Shown: positions 22,315 through 34,264, counted from the first letter of the stretch. The stretch is DNA of 64,000 bases from Octopus bimaculoides (GCF_001194135.2 NC_068985.1:111118909-111182908); one strand, 5' to 3'. Notes: a model not told the origin generated them from the letters alone. Made by a program: numbers and translations.

Positions 22315-22807
22315 ACCCCATGCTGCTACCAACGAGATGCTAAAGCATGGCCCAGATGCTGCAGGCTTCCCTGTCCAGCTAGGGTCAGCAGAGCTAGACT
22401 GAGGGTACGGTAAAGGGCTTGATAGTATGACAATTTTCCCGTTCCGTGGTTGGAGGCTCCTCATGTAGGATTCCGCATGCTGTGGCGCCTTTTCCAGCGG
22501 CAACTTGGTGTGTTCAACTACCAGCCCGGGCTCCGCTGCTCTTCAGGCCGAGAACGGCAAACAGCCAAAGTATCGCCCGCTCTCTGACAGGTTTATATTC
22601 GAGCCTGGGGCTGCGGAGACCTCCGGCGTTCTCGGTCCCCGGACCACATCCCCGCTCACCGCTATCAGGGTGGAGATGTTTATCCGCATGTGCGAGCCTT
22701 ATGAGTTAGAATGGCTATTCCAGCGCCTTTCTTTCGTCATCCTCCGGGGCGATGCTTCTTCCATTTTGTCCACTGGGACTATGAGGCGGACTGACAAACC
22801 TTTTTAG
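22315..22807 (+). mobile_element. CRE-like non-LTR retrotransposon C-terminal (RLE) fragment
   Basis: In-frame HAATNEMLK..AAGFPVQL...D*GYGKGLDSMTIFPF....M*DSAC..SPGSAALQAENGKQPKYRPLSDRFIFEPGAAETSGVLGP..EWLFQRLSFVILRGDASSIL. Matches the CRE RHxxxN / RPDG / KY / ETxG.WG / QR.S..I.RGNA pattern, with 2 stops. Confidence 0.85.
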
Positions 22808-23004
22808 ACATTTCTTTGCTATGAGGAAGAGGAAAGATATGTTTATTTTGGCAGGGACCTTCGTCAAGATAAAAGAAAAACGAAAAAAAGAATAGGAGGA
22901 GATTACAAAACAGAATATTTCTCAATAAAAGCAACGAGCCTCTGCCCTGATCAATTATGGATTTAAAAGAAGCATACGCAATTTCTATTCGTTCTTCACG
23001 TCAG

Positions 23005-23198
23005 ATTTAATATTGTTCTTATTTTCGTGTTCTTTGTCTGGAAACCTTTCGTCACACATCCTGTAACCTCTTCTTGTTGAGAAAATGGACGAAACAAAAG
23101 AGGAGGGACAGGTAGGATGGAGAGTCGCTGAAAGGATCACAGGTTGTGCAACGAAAGATTTCCAGACAAAGGACACTAAAATAAGAACAATAATAAAT
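23005..23198. repeat. Imperfect inverted repeat (hairpin), ~60-bp arms
   Basis: 23005-23064 pairs with 23139-23198 (TTCTTATTTT.GTGT.CTTTGTCTGGAAA.CTTTCGT..CACA.CCTGT). Confidence 0.85.
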
Positions 23199-23389
23199 AC
23201 GGATTTAAACATTTGCCTAAACAATTAAACAATACTTCTAAATTTGTCATTAAAATTAAAGCAAGCGACATAGTGCGAAGTCTGTTCGTTTATTTCTTTA
23301 TTCGCAGACTACAGCTATCGACGACCACGCTACTTATAGCCACCACTACCAATAACAAAGAAGATAATGACAATAGCATGACAATAGCA

Positions 23390-24370
23390 ACACCACCACC
23401 GCCATCGTCATCCTCATCATCGTCGTCCTTATCATCAATCATCATCATCATCATCATCAGTCATCACTATCGCTGCAAATGCCACCGCTATCTCCGCCAC
23501 CATCATCAATCCCACCGCCGCCGCCGCGCCTCCAACCTCCGTAAACATCATCATCATCATTATCATCGTCGTCGTATTCGTCTACACCAGAACAACCACC
23601 ACCACCACCACCACTACCACCNNNNNNNNNNNNNNNNNNNNNNNNNNNNNNNNNNNNNNNNNNNNNNNNNNNNNNNNNNNNNNNNNNNNNNNNNNNNNNN
23701 NNNNNNNNNNNNNNNNNNNNNNNNNNNNNNNNNNNNNNNNNNNNNNNNNNNNNNNNNNNNNNNNNNNNNNNNNNNNNNNNNNNNNNNNNNNNNNNNNNNN
23801 NNNNNNNNNNNNNNNNNNNNNNNNNNNNNNNNNNNNNNNNNNNNNNNNNNNNNNNNNNNNNNNNNNNNNNNNNNNNNNNNNNNNNNNNNNNNNNNNNNNN
23901 NNNNNNNNNNNNNNNNNNNNNNNNNNNNNNNNNNNNNNNNNNNNNNNNNNNNNNNNNNNNNNNNNNNNNNNNNNNNNNNNNNNNNNNNNNNNNNNNNNNN
24001 NNNNNNNNNNNNNNNNNNNNNNNNNNNNNNNNNNNNNNNNNNNNNNNNNNNNNNNNNNNNNNNNNNNNNNNNNNNNNNNNNNNNNNNNNNNNNNNNNNNN
24101 NNNNNNNNNNNNNNNNNNNNNNNNNNNNNNNNNNNNNNNNNNNNNNNNNNNNNNNNNNNNNNNNNNNNNNCCACTACCACTACCACTACCACTGCCACCA
24201 CCACCACCACCACGAACACCACCACTATCATCATCACCATCCATCACCACCACCACCAACACCAGCACCACCAACACCTCCACTACTACCACCACCACCA
24301 CTACCATCACCACCACCACCACTACTACCACCACCACTACTACCAACAACAATAACAACACCAGCAACAT
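23390..24370. repeat. (CAC/CAT/TAC)n degenerate microsatellite with gap
   Basis: Direct inspection. Confidence 0.9.
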
Positions 24371-24666
24371 CATATACAATGAAATGGAAAACCATGAGAA
24401 GCTGCGAGAGTAAAAAGCTAGCTACAGGCTACCGACATTTTTCTTCAAAAGACCTGAACATGACTTGTTCGCTAAATTTGACAGGAAGCTCTTAACCTTT
24501 GACCTCAGCTGTTCCATCAAGGGTGGCCAGAAATATTTTTTCAACTTGCTATCACGTGATCCGCCTTAATGCCTTGTGGACAAATTTTGGCTGTCGCCAT
24601 CTTGTGCCTGGAATGAATTTTCATTGAAATGAATGGCAACGCAAACAAAACAATAGAATGGCAAAA

Positions 24667-25505
<839 letters not shown>

Positions 25506-25834
25506 TAGCAGTTACATCAGTATGTCTTCAGCATCGTTCAAATTTATTCAGTTACGTTAGACAATATGTCCAAATATATTGAGATTTTCCCTAAAAGTCT
25601 ATGAACATCTTTATCTTAACTCTTACCGTTTTACCTGATCCAGAGAGCGTTTGTGGCCATGCTGCAGCACGTTCGTTCTATGTTATTTTCTCATTCCCAC
25701 ACGGCTGTCTCTCCGTGGTTGGTTTTGCTGATTAAAAGGGTGAGACATCTCCGCCCTGGTCTGTATCTCTTGGTGTGGTATGGGGTTATTAGGTGTCTCA
25801 AATGAAAGCTATTTTTTATTATTTGGGATTGGTT

Positions 25835-26097
25835 GCGGGCGTAGCTGTGTGGTTAAGAAGTTTAATTCCCAACCATATAGTCTTGCGTTCAGTCCCACTG
25901 CGTGGCATCTTAGGTAAGTGTCTTCTACTACACCCTGGAGCCGCCCTAAGCTTAGAATGGATTTGGTAGATGGAAACTGAAAGGAATCCAGCGTGTATAT
26001 ATATATGTGTCTGTGTTTGTGTGTATGTGTGTGTACGTGCATGTATATGTGTGTATATGTGTGTGTGTTTGTTCCCAGCCACCGCTGGACAACTGGT
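25835..26097 (+). mobile_element. SINE family A, 3'-truncated
   Basis: Head GTAGCTGTGTGGTTAAG..GTTCAGTCCCACTGCGTGGCA..GGATTTGGTAGATGGAAACTGA, internal tract, GTTTGTTCCC. Confidence 0.85.
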
Positions 26098-26098
26098 A

Positions 26099-26187
26099 CT
26101 ACAGTAGGAGACACTTGCCCACGGGACCACGCCATGGGACTGAACTCGGGCCATGTGGTTCGGAAACAAATTCTTATCACAAAGCTG
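26099..26187 (-). mobile_element. SINE family A head, inverted and fused to preceding copy
   Basis: CTACAGTAGGAGACACTTGCCC..GGGACTGAAC..CCATGTGGTT is the reverse complement of the A head. Confidence 0.75.
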
Positions 26188-26302
26188 CATATTTAAGTAG
26201 ATATGTGTCCGTATATATATGCTCGTGTATGAATGTTTATCACACACACACACGCACACACATATATACACACACACACATATATATATATGTATGTATG
26301 TA

Positions 26303-27555
26303 TTGGGTCATCCCATAAATAATGTGGTCTTTTTTATACATTATTTTTAAAAAATTAAGATCCATCTATCTGATAGACTTGCAAGGCCCCTTTTCCAATA
26401 CTCACTTGTGTGTGACGAAAAATATTCCTCCAGTACTGTTCTAACCTCGTCTTCAGAATTCATATTTTTTCCGTCCAAATGATTTTGAAGATGGCGGAAT
26501 AAATGATCATCAGATGAGGTAATGTCCGGTGAACATGGTTTGCAGGGCATCGTTTCCCATTCAATCTGTTCCAGCCTTTGGAGTGTCATCCTCGCTGTAT
26601 GTGGCCGAGCATTATCCTGATGGAAGAACAACTTTCGTCTTCAAACCAAAGATGGTCGCTTTTCTTCTAGTGCTGACTTAAGCCGCTCAATCTGCTCGCA
26701 ATAGATCTCTTTTGCTTTCGTTTGGCTTAGAGTTTAAAAGTTCACAGTGGACTAAGCTTTTCATATCCCAGCAAACAGATAACAACACCTTACGTGGGTG
26801 AATACCTTCTTTAGCTGGGGTGGGCGGTCTTTCTCCTTTCCCTACCAACTGTCTTTCGCGCTTGACATTTTTATAGAGAATCCATTTCTCGTCAACAGTC
26901 ACTGTTCGTTTCAAAGAAAAAAAAGAAAACAAAGAAAACAAAATAAGCTCATTCGTGAGACGTGACAGCAAAGAAGAGCACACATTCACTTTCTGCGCAC
27001 GATTAGACTCGTAAAGTTTTTGAGAAGCACATTCACACTCAATTTGCTGACTTTTCCAATGGCACGCAAGTGTCGATGAATGGTTGAATGATCAAATCCA
27101 AGCTCCTCTTCTAGTTCCTCAACAGTTACGATGGGATTTTGTTCCACCAATGTATGTACGACGTTTTCGTCGAGCTCTACAGATCTTCTAGGACGAGATT
27201 CGTCTTCTAGGCTGTTCTTTCCGGCTCGGAATTTCTGGAACCACTGTTGACACTGGCTTACGCGTATTGTCCGGTCCCCATTTACTGCATTACTAGTCTT
27301 CACACTTTCCGTTACGTTGTTGCCTTTATTGAACTCATAAAGCAAAATATGCCGAAATGCTCCTTTGTCACTTCCATTATAGCTTTGAAAATATAAGTGT
27401 TAAAATCGAACTGCACTCTTCAAAACTTAAGAATAATAACAAAGTAAAATTACTTCCAGCTTTTATAGCAAGTTTATGCAGGTAGTTTATCCCATCCACC
27501 GCCGACTTTTAGTTCATGCAATTGAAAAAACAGCATTATTTATGGGATGACCCAA
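26303..27555 (-). mobile_element. Full-length mariner transposon (D,D34D), decayed
   Basis: Perfect 22-bp TIRs TTGGGTCATCCCATAAATAATG, TA TSD at 26301-26302 and 27556-27557, length 1253 bp. Confidence 0.95.
26347..27377 (-). pseudogene. Mariner transposase pseudogene
   Basis: MEVTKEH/RHILLYEF..QWFQKFRAG..LEDESR (HTH); VTVDEKW; HPRKVLLSVCWD; HQDNARPH; SPDITSSDDHLF, with 34 residues between the 2nd and 3rd D. Several frameshifts. Confidence 0.92.
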
Positions 27556-27570
27556 TATATATGTATATAA

Positions 27571-27602
<32 letters not shown>

Positions 27603-27675
27603 NNNNNNNNNNATATATATATATATATATATACTAACCCAGTCATATTATACATACATAATACATACACACATA

Positions 27676-27904
27676 TACTCTTTTACTCTTTTACTTGTTT
27701 CAGTCTTTTGACTGTGGTCATGCTGGAGCAACGCATTTAGTCGAGCAAATCAACACCAGGACTTATTCTTTGGAAGCCTAGTACTTATTTGGTCGGCCCG
27801 AGGCTATAGTAGAAGACACTTGCCCAAGATGCCACGCAGTGGGACTGAACCTGGAACCATGAGGTTGGTAAGCAAGCTACTTACCACACAGCCACTCCTA
27901 CGCC
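27676..27904 (-). mobile_element. SINE family A, internally deleted copy
   Basis: Tail joined directly to head (GTACTTATT|TGGTCGGCCCG). The central ~230 bp, including the microsatellite, is missing. Confidence 0.92.
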
Positions 27905-28442
27905 TACATATATATGCAATATATGTGTGTGTGCGTGTATATATATATATACACACACATAGACACACACAGACACGCACACACATACACATACACATAC
28001 ATACTTACATATATACGTACATACATACACAGGCGTATACAGACATATAAGAGGAGCGAATAGTCAGTCGGCCTGCAACTGTTTAGTTTCGACCGAAAAA
28101 CACTGATTGAGTTCATCTCGTCATTTTAGCCCGTGGTTAAATGTTTCTGTGTTTAATTTAACATTTTTCCAGTCAAATATACCATAATTGGGAAAGTCTT
28201 TTTGTATTTCCAAATTTCCTCTGTGTTCTGTTTATAAAGTTGTTAGATTATTTTTTTTTTCCATACTGTATCTAGTTCCGTGGTTAGTCTATAGTCTATA
28301 CATGCGTATACTAGTTGACCAAGCGGTTGTGGTGGTTAGTGAGTGCTACCTACGTTCATCATTGGTTTGCTGATATTTATAATTTATGATAATATTAAAT
28401 ATGACAACTGAGAAGCTTGGTACTAAATTATGTAACCACAAC

Positions 28443-28503
28443 GACGACTTCGACGACGACGACTTCGACGACGACGACTTCGACGACGACGACTTCGACG
28501 ACT
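28443..28503. repeat. 15-bp minisatellite (GACTTCGACGACGAC) x4
   Basis: Direct inspection. Confidence 0.9.
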
Positions 28504-29356
28504 ATGGCAAGTTGTTCATACAAGCATACAGACATAATGCGTATACATGCCACCCACACGGTTTTACGCACGCAGTATGTGTGTGTATGTGTTTGTGTGT
28601 ATGTATACAAATATATATATGTATATATNNNNNNNNNNNNNNNNNNNNNNNNNNNNNNNNNNNNNNNNNNNNNNNNNNNNNNNNNNNNNNNNNNNNNNNN
28701 NNNNNNNNNNNNNNNNNNNNNNNNNNNNNNNNNNNNNNNNNNNNNNNNNNNNNNNNNNNNNNNNNNNNNNNNNNNNNNNNNNNNNNNNNNNNNNNNNNNN
28801 NNNNNNNNNNNNNNNNNNNNNNNNNNNNNNNNNNNNNNNNNNNNNNNNNNNNNNNNNNNNNNNNNNNNNNNNNNNNNNNNNNNNNNNNNNNNNNNNNNNN
28901 NNNNNNNNNNNNNNNNNNNNNNNNNNNNNNNNNNNNNNNNNNNNNNNNNNNNNNNNNNNNNNNNNNNNNNNNNNNNNNNNNNNNNNNNNNNNNNNNNNNN
29001 NNNNNNNNNNNNNNNNNNNNNNNNNNNNNNNNNNNNNNNNNNNNNNNNNNNNNNNNNNNNNNNNNNNNNNNNNNNNNNNNNNNNNNNNNNNNNNNNNNNN
29101 NNNNNNNNNNNNNNNNNNNNNNNNNNNNNNNNNNNNNNNNNNNNNNNNNNNNNNNNNNNNNNNNNNNNNNNNNNNNNNNNNNNNNNNNNNNNNNNNNNNN
29201 NNNNNNNNNNNNNNNNNNNNNNNNNNNNNNNNNNNNNNNNNNNNNNNNNNNNNNNNNNNNNNNNNNNNNNNNNNNNNNNNNNNNNNNNNNNNNNNNNNNN
29301 NNNNNNNNNNNNNNNNNNNNNNNNNNNNNNNNNNNNNNNNNNNNNTATATATATAT

Positions 29357-29784
29357 CTTTTGTCTTTTACTTGTTTCAGTCATTAGATTGCGGCAATGCT
29401 GGGGCACTGCCTTGGAGAATTTTTTAGTCGAATGTGTCGACTCCAGTACTTTAAAAGCCTGGTAGTTGTTCTATACAAGGACGTAAGCACACCAACACCG
29501 GTTGCCAAGCGGTATCGAGGGGACAAATAGGCATAAAGACACACACACACACAAACACACGCACACACACATACACACGCACACACACAGACTTTCTCTC
29601 TCTATCTCTCTCTTACACACACACACATACAAGCCTCTTCCCATTTCCGTCAACCGAATTCCACTCACAAGGCTTTGGTCGGCCATAGCAGAAGACACTT
29701 GCCGAAGGTGCAAAGTAGCGGGACTGAACCCCGAACCATATTGTTAAGAAGCAACCTTTTTAACACACAGCCACACCTGTGCCT
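29357..29784 (-). mobile_element. SINE family A variant
   Basis: Tail CTTTTACTTGTTTCAGTCA, internal CA/CT tract, CCACTCACAAGGCTTTGGTCGGCC, GGGACTGAACCC and CACACAGCCAC. Confidence 0.85.
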
Positions 29785-29839
29785 AGGTATATATTTTTAA
29801 TTACTTGTTGTTGCAGTCATTTAATGACTGAAATGCACG

Positions 29840-30122
29840 TCTTCACACTCTTCAAGCTAGGATCCATAAGTTGCAATGCCTGAATTATGAGATTTTGCAA
29901 CATCCTCCATATTCCCTTGATATCTCTCCTAATGATCATCACTTATTTAAGCATTTTGAGCTTTTCAAAAGCAAGAGAATATTATTAAATAGAGAAGAAG
30001 TAATTGAAGCATTCGGACAGTTTATCACAACAAAAGATGAATTTTTCTTTAAAGATGAACTATATGACAGAGAGAAACGTTAGGTAAACGTCATAAATGA
30101 GCATGGATCATACTTTGATTAA
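29840..30122 (+). pseudogene. Mariner transposase C-terminal fragment
   Basis: LNYEILQHPPYSLDISPNDHHLF..EFFFKDE..KR*VNVINEHGSYFD* matches the HPPYSPDLAPSDYHLF ... G.YF end of mariner transposases. Confidence 0.85.
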
Positions 30123-30230
30123 ATAAAGCAGTTTTCTAACACTTCTGAAACATTTTATTGTTACCTTTCAAATACATTTCATAATATCATATATATACAT
30201 AGACACAAACTCATTCATTCGCTGATTTAT

Positions 30231-30275
<45 letters not shown>

Positions 30276-30295
30276 TACACACATACATACATGTA

Positions 30296-30585
30296 TAAAG
30301 ACCCCTTTCGGTCATGAATGACCATGTGATTGCACCTAGAAAGTTACCCTCCGAGGTACAAGTCCAGGCATTCTCCCCTCTCCATGCCACTGATGTTGTC
30401 TAAGGGAAAGGCAGAGGCTGATACAGCTTGGCACCAGTGACATCGCAACTCATTTCTACAGCTGAGTTAACTGGAGCAACGTAAAATAAAGTGTCTTGCT
30501 CAAGAACACGATACACAGCCCGATCCGGGAATCGAACTTACTACCTCATGATTGCGAGTCCGATGCTGTAACTACTGAGCCATAC
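30296..30585 (-). mobile_element. SINE with B-type head and a third (E-type) tail
   Basis: The head (TGGCTCAGTAG, GTTCGATTCCCGG, TCTTGAGCAAGACACTTTATTTTACGTTGCTCCAG) matches B. The 3' part (GAGGGTAACTTTCTAGGTGCAATC..CATGACCGAAAGGGG) differs from the B and D tails. Confidence 0.75.
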
Positions 30586-30829
30586 ATACAGACAGACAGA
30601 CAAAAGACAGATAGACATATGGCTCGCATAGTTATGTTTTCTGTCTGTGTATCTGTAGATATATGTATATAGATATGCACCCCGCCACACACACACATAA
30701 ACACACTGTATTCTTAATAGGTAGAAAGTTACAGAAATGACCCAAATGTCGAGAATTCCGTACATAATACTTGCTTGTTAAGTTTTGAGAGTATCATCAC
30801 CACCCTGTATCTTCTTTCACGTTCTATGT

Positions 30830-31515
30830 TTCCTGTATTTAATCCGGCTATATCCGGCTCAAATGTTCTATCTGTTTTACGTTCTAACTGACCAGATCTG
30901 GCCTCTCACACCTACTCTACAATATCATTCTCAAAATAAACAATCACATCAGTAAGATCTTACGGCTACAAGATAATATATACTCTTTACTCTTTTACTC
31001 TTTTACTTGTTTCAGTCATTTGACTGTGGCCATGCTGGAGCACCGCCTTTAGTCGAGCAAATCGACCCCAGAACTTATTCTTTGTAAGCCTAGTACTTAT
31101 TCTATCCGTCTCTTTTGCCGAACCGCTAAGTTACTGGGACGTAAACACACCACCATCGNNNNNNNNNNNNNNNNNNNNNNNNNNNNNNNNNNNNNNNNNN
31201 NNNNNNNNNNNNNNNNNNNNNNNNNNNNNNNNNNNNNNNNNNNNNNNNNNNNNNNNNNNNNNNNNNNNNTATACATATATACGACGGGCTTATTTCAGTT
31301 TCCGTTTACTAAATCCACTCACAAGGCTTTGGTCGGCCCGAGGCTATAGTAGAAAACACTGGCACAAGGTGCCACGCAGTGGGACTGATTCCGGAACCAT
31401 GTGGTTGGTAAGCAAGCTACTTACCACACAGCCACTCCTACACCTATGATTAATTCAAAACTATGAATACATAAGCATTACATCTGACGGAATAATTTGA
31501 ATGCTAAAGAGTTGA
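30830..31515. mobile_element. Probable MITE interrupted by a SINE A
   Basis: The flanks of the SINE look like one element (..GCTACAAGATAAT / ATGATTAATTCAAAAC..AATGCTAAAGAGTT) that I recall as an octopus TTAA-type MITE. The left TIR is not recognisable here. Confidence 0.45.
30981..31444 (-). mobile_element. SINE family A, full length (gap in internal microsatellite)
   Basis: Near-consensus head and (AAAGAGT)n tail. Confidence 0.95.
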
Positions 31516-31807
31516 GGGTCACGGCAATGGGTGAAATCAAGTATTGTCCATCGCACTATAAACAGCTACTGTGATGTCGACGGAGGCGTCCTTACTGTCT
31601 AAGAAGTCCCCTCGTAGAGATCTATTGTGAACCATGTTACGCTTATCGCCGATTGGTCAGCGATAGCACGAATCGATAAGTAGTCGGAATTCTGCTTGTA
31701 CCTTCAAAACGCATACCATTGGCTGGTTATCACTTGTGTTTACGCGACCGTGGAGCAAAGATGCGTATTTTTTTTTAATATGAATTTACGTACTTGTATC
31801 CATCAAC

Positions 31808-31978
31808 ATGGAATCAAGGAACAGGAAAATATACGATAGTACCTGGTCCAGGTGAGTGTATTCTGTACTGGAAAAGGCAGAGATAATCAAGAAAATATGT
31901 TACCGTGAAAACTTCACTATTGTGGGCCGCATGTTTGATGTTAATGAATCTATCATTCGTTCCGTTTACAAAATGTGA
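31808..31978 (+). pseudogene. pogo/Tigger-like transposase N-terminal HTH fragment
   Basis: LEKAEIIKKICYRENFTIVGRMFDVNESIIRSVYK resembles the psq-type HTH (LE.K..II......S...IGR.F..NESTIR.I.K). Confidence 0.65.
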
Positions 31979-32676
31979 GTAGATGATTCATTTAGCATTG
32001 ATTCATTTATCACTGTGTTTTTTTAACCCCCAACCCGTGATAAACGAGGGTCGATGTATTTGACAGTTTCAGTGTATTGCAGTACAATGCAATCGTACTA
32101 ATGACAATGTTTGATGTGGCTGCAGGCTGGTCCCAGACATTCTGTAGAATAATTTTTGTCTTACTGTCGTTGATTGAAAGGTCATACCTGCTTGTCGCTT
32201 CTTTTAATTTCAATTTTAAGTACTCGTTGCTTCTCATCCAAATGAGTAACAATGATGCAATTATCGACGTAAAGGAAATCACTCGCTGTGTTCGTTTGCG
32301 TTTTTGTATTGGGTTTCAGTATTCTGATATTAAGCAGTTTACCGCCTTTAGGATAACTGGATTTCTTACGTTCTAGGATGCGTCTAAAAGCTTATTTGAA
32401 TATAAAACCGAGATAAAGCACAGAAAGGATGGGTGTTAAGACGCATCTCTGCTTTAAACCAGTGTTCGTTTAGAAACGAGATCAGGACCTAACTACTTCT
32501 GGAATTCGTTTCACGGCCCTGATGCAGTGCAGTTAGTCTAATTTGCTTTGCAGATACACCCGTCTCCAGCAGCACAGCCCACAGAATCGGTACGGTTTAC
32601 AGTGCCGAATGCATTCTTTGGATCGATAAAAAATTATATAGGGTGGTACATTCTGTTCTCAATTTTTTTCTTGCAT

Positions 32677-32868
32677 ACCGGACAAAATGCTTAGCGACAT
32701 TTCGTCCGTCTTTACGTTCAGAGATAAAATCCCGCGAAAAGTCGGCTTTGCCTTTCATCCTTTCGGGGTCGATAGAATAAGTACCAGTTGCCTATTGAGG
32801 TCGATGTAATCGACTATCCCCCACTAAACTAAATTGCAGGGCTTGTGCATATAATAGAAAGGATTATA
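32677..32868 (+). mobile_element. SINE family C (5'-truncated)
   Basis: AAATGCTTAGCG.CATTTCGTC..CTTTGCCTTTCATCCTTTCGGGGTCGATA.AATAAGTACCAG. Confidence 0.88.
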
Positions 32869-32876
32869 CATCTGAA

Positions 32877-33070
32877 GTTAAGGCGGTGAGTTGACAAAAT
32901 TGTTAGCTCACCGAACAAAATGCTCAGTGGCATTTCATCCGCTCCAAGATAAAATTCTGTCGAAGTCGACTTTGCCTTTCATCCTTTCGAGGTGGATGAC
33001 TCCCAGTCGGTCACATTGACTCCAGTCAAACACTGGGGTCAATGTGATCAACTGTCCTTCGTCCCCTAAA
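32877..33070 (+). mobile_element. SINE family C
   Basis: GTTAAGGCGGTGAG..GTCGACTTTGCCTTTCATCCTTTCG..ACTGGGGTCAATG. Confidence 0.82.
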
Positions 33071-33109
33071 CTGACGTTCAGGGAAAGAGGTTTATTCATT
33101 CGACGTCGA

Positions 33110-33320
33110 AGAAGTGGCAGAATGGTTAGAGTGATGCGTTGTAATATTTAGCTACGGTTCATTGCGTTCTCAGTTCAAATTCCACCAAGGTCAACTTTTG
33201 TGCTTTATCTTTTTTGTGCTTTATCTTTTCTTGGGTCAAGAAAGTAAACAACCAGTCAAATGCGGGGTCGATATGATTGACTGTTCCCTAAATTCAAATT
33301 TTCTAGCCTCATATCTATCG
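33110..33320 (+). mobile_element. SINE family C, older copy
   Basis: TGGCAGAATGGTTAG..GTTCTCAGTTCAAATTCCACCAAGGTCAACTT..GGGGTCGAT. Confidence 0.7.
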
Positions 33321-34041
33321 AAAGCACTGTGATTTCAATTTGCTTTAGGTTATGTATTGAGTACTTTATGCTTGTATTAAGAGCCCCCCCCCCCGACACA
33401 CACACATGTATGTATGCATGTGTGCATGCGTGTATGTCAAGTGTTTGTATGCACCGTCCTACATCTGCTGCGGTTAATTTACATATAGACAACTTCTGAC
33501 ATCGGATGCAAGCTGTTCTGGCGTTACGTTATACAGNNNNNNNNNNNNNNNNNNNNNNNNNNNNNNNNNNNNNNNNNNNNNNNNNNNNNNNNNNNNNNNN
33601 NNNNNNNNNNNNNNNNNNNNNNNNNNNNNNNNNNNNNNNNNNNNNNNNNNNNNNNNNNNNNNNNNNNNNNNNNNNNNNNNNNNNNNNNNNNNNNNNNNNN
33701 NNNNNNNNNNNNNNNNNNNNNNNNNNNNNNNNNNNNNNNNNNNNNNNNNNNNNNNNNNNNNNNNNNNNNNNNNNNNNNNNNNNNNNNNNNNNNNNNNNNN
33801 NNNNNNNNNNNNNNNNNNNNNNNNNNNNNNNNNNNNNNNNNNNNNNNNNNNNNNNNNNNNNNNNNNNNNNNNNNNNNNNNNNNNNNNNNNNNNNNNNNNN
33901 NNNNNNNNNNNNNNNNNNNNNNNNNNNNNNNNNNNNNNNNNNNNNNNNNNNNNNNNNNNNNNNNNNNNNNNNNNNNNNNNNNNNNNNNNNNNNNNNNNNN
34001 NNNNNNNNNNNNNNNNNNNNNNNNNNNNNNNNNNNNNNNNN

Positions 34042-34218
34042 GTGGTGGTGATGATGGTGATGATGGTCGTAGTGGTCGTGATGGCGGTGGTGGTGGAGGT
34101 AGTAGTAGTAGTAGTGATCATGATGGAGGTGACGGCGGTAGAGGTGACGGTGGCAGTGCTGATGGTGGTGGTAGTGGAACTGGCCGCAGTAGCCGTGATG
34201 GTGATGGTAGTGGTTGCT

Positions 34219-34249
<31 letters not shown>

Positions 34250-34264
34250 CAGCAGTAGTAGTAT

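Noticed and set aside
28428-28503. DFDDD x4 acidic peptide repeat; regular spacing vaguely array-like
   Set aside because: A 15-bp minisatellite derived from (GAC)n, with no spacers and no coding context. Not CRISPR.
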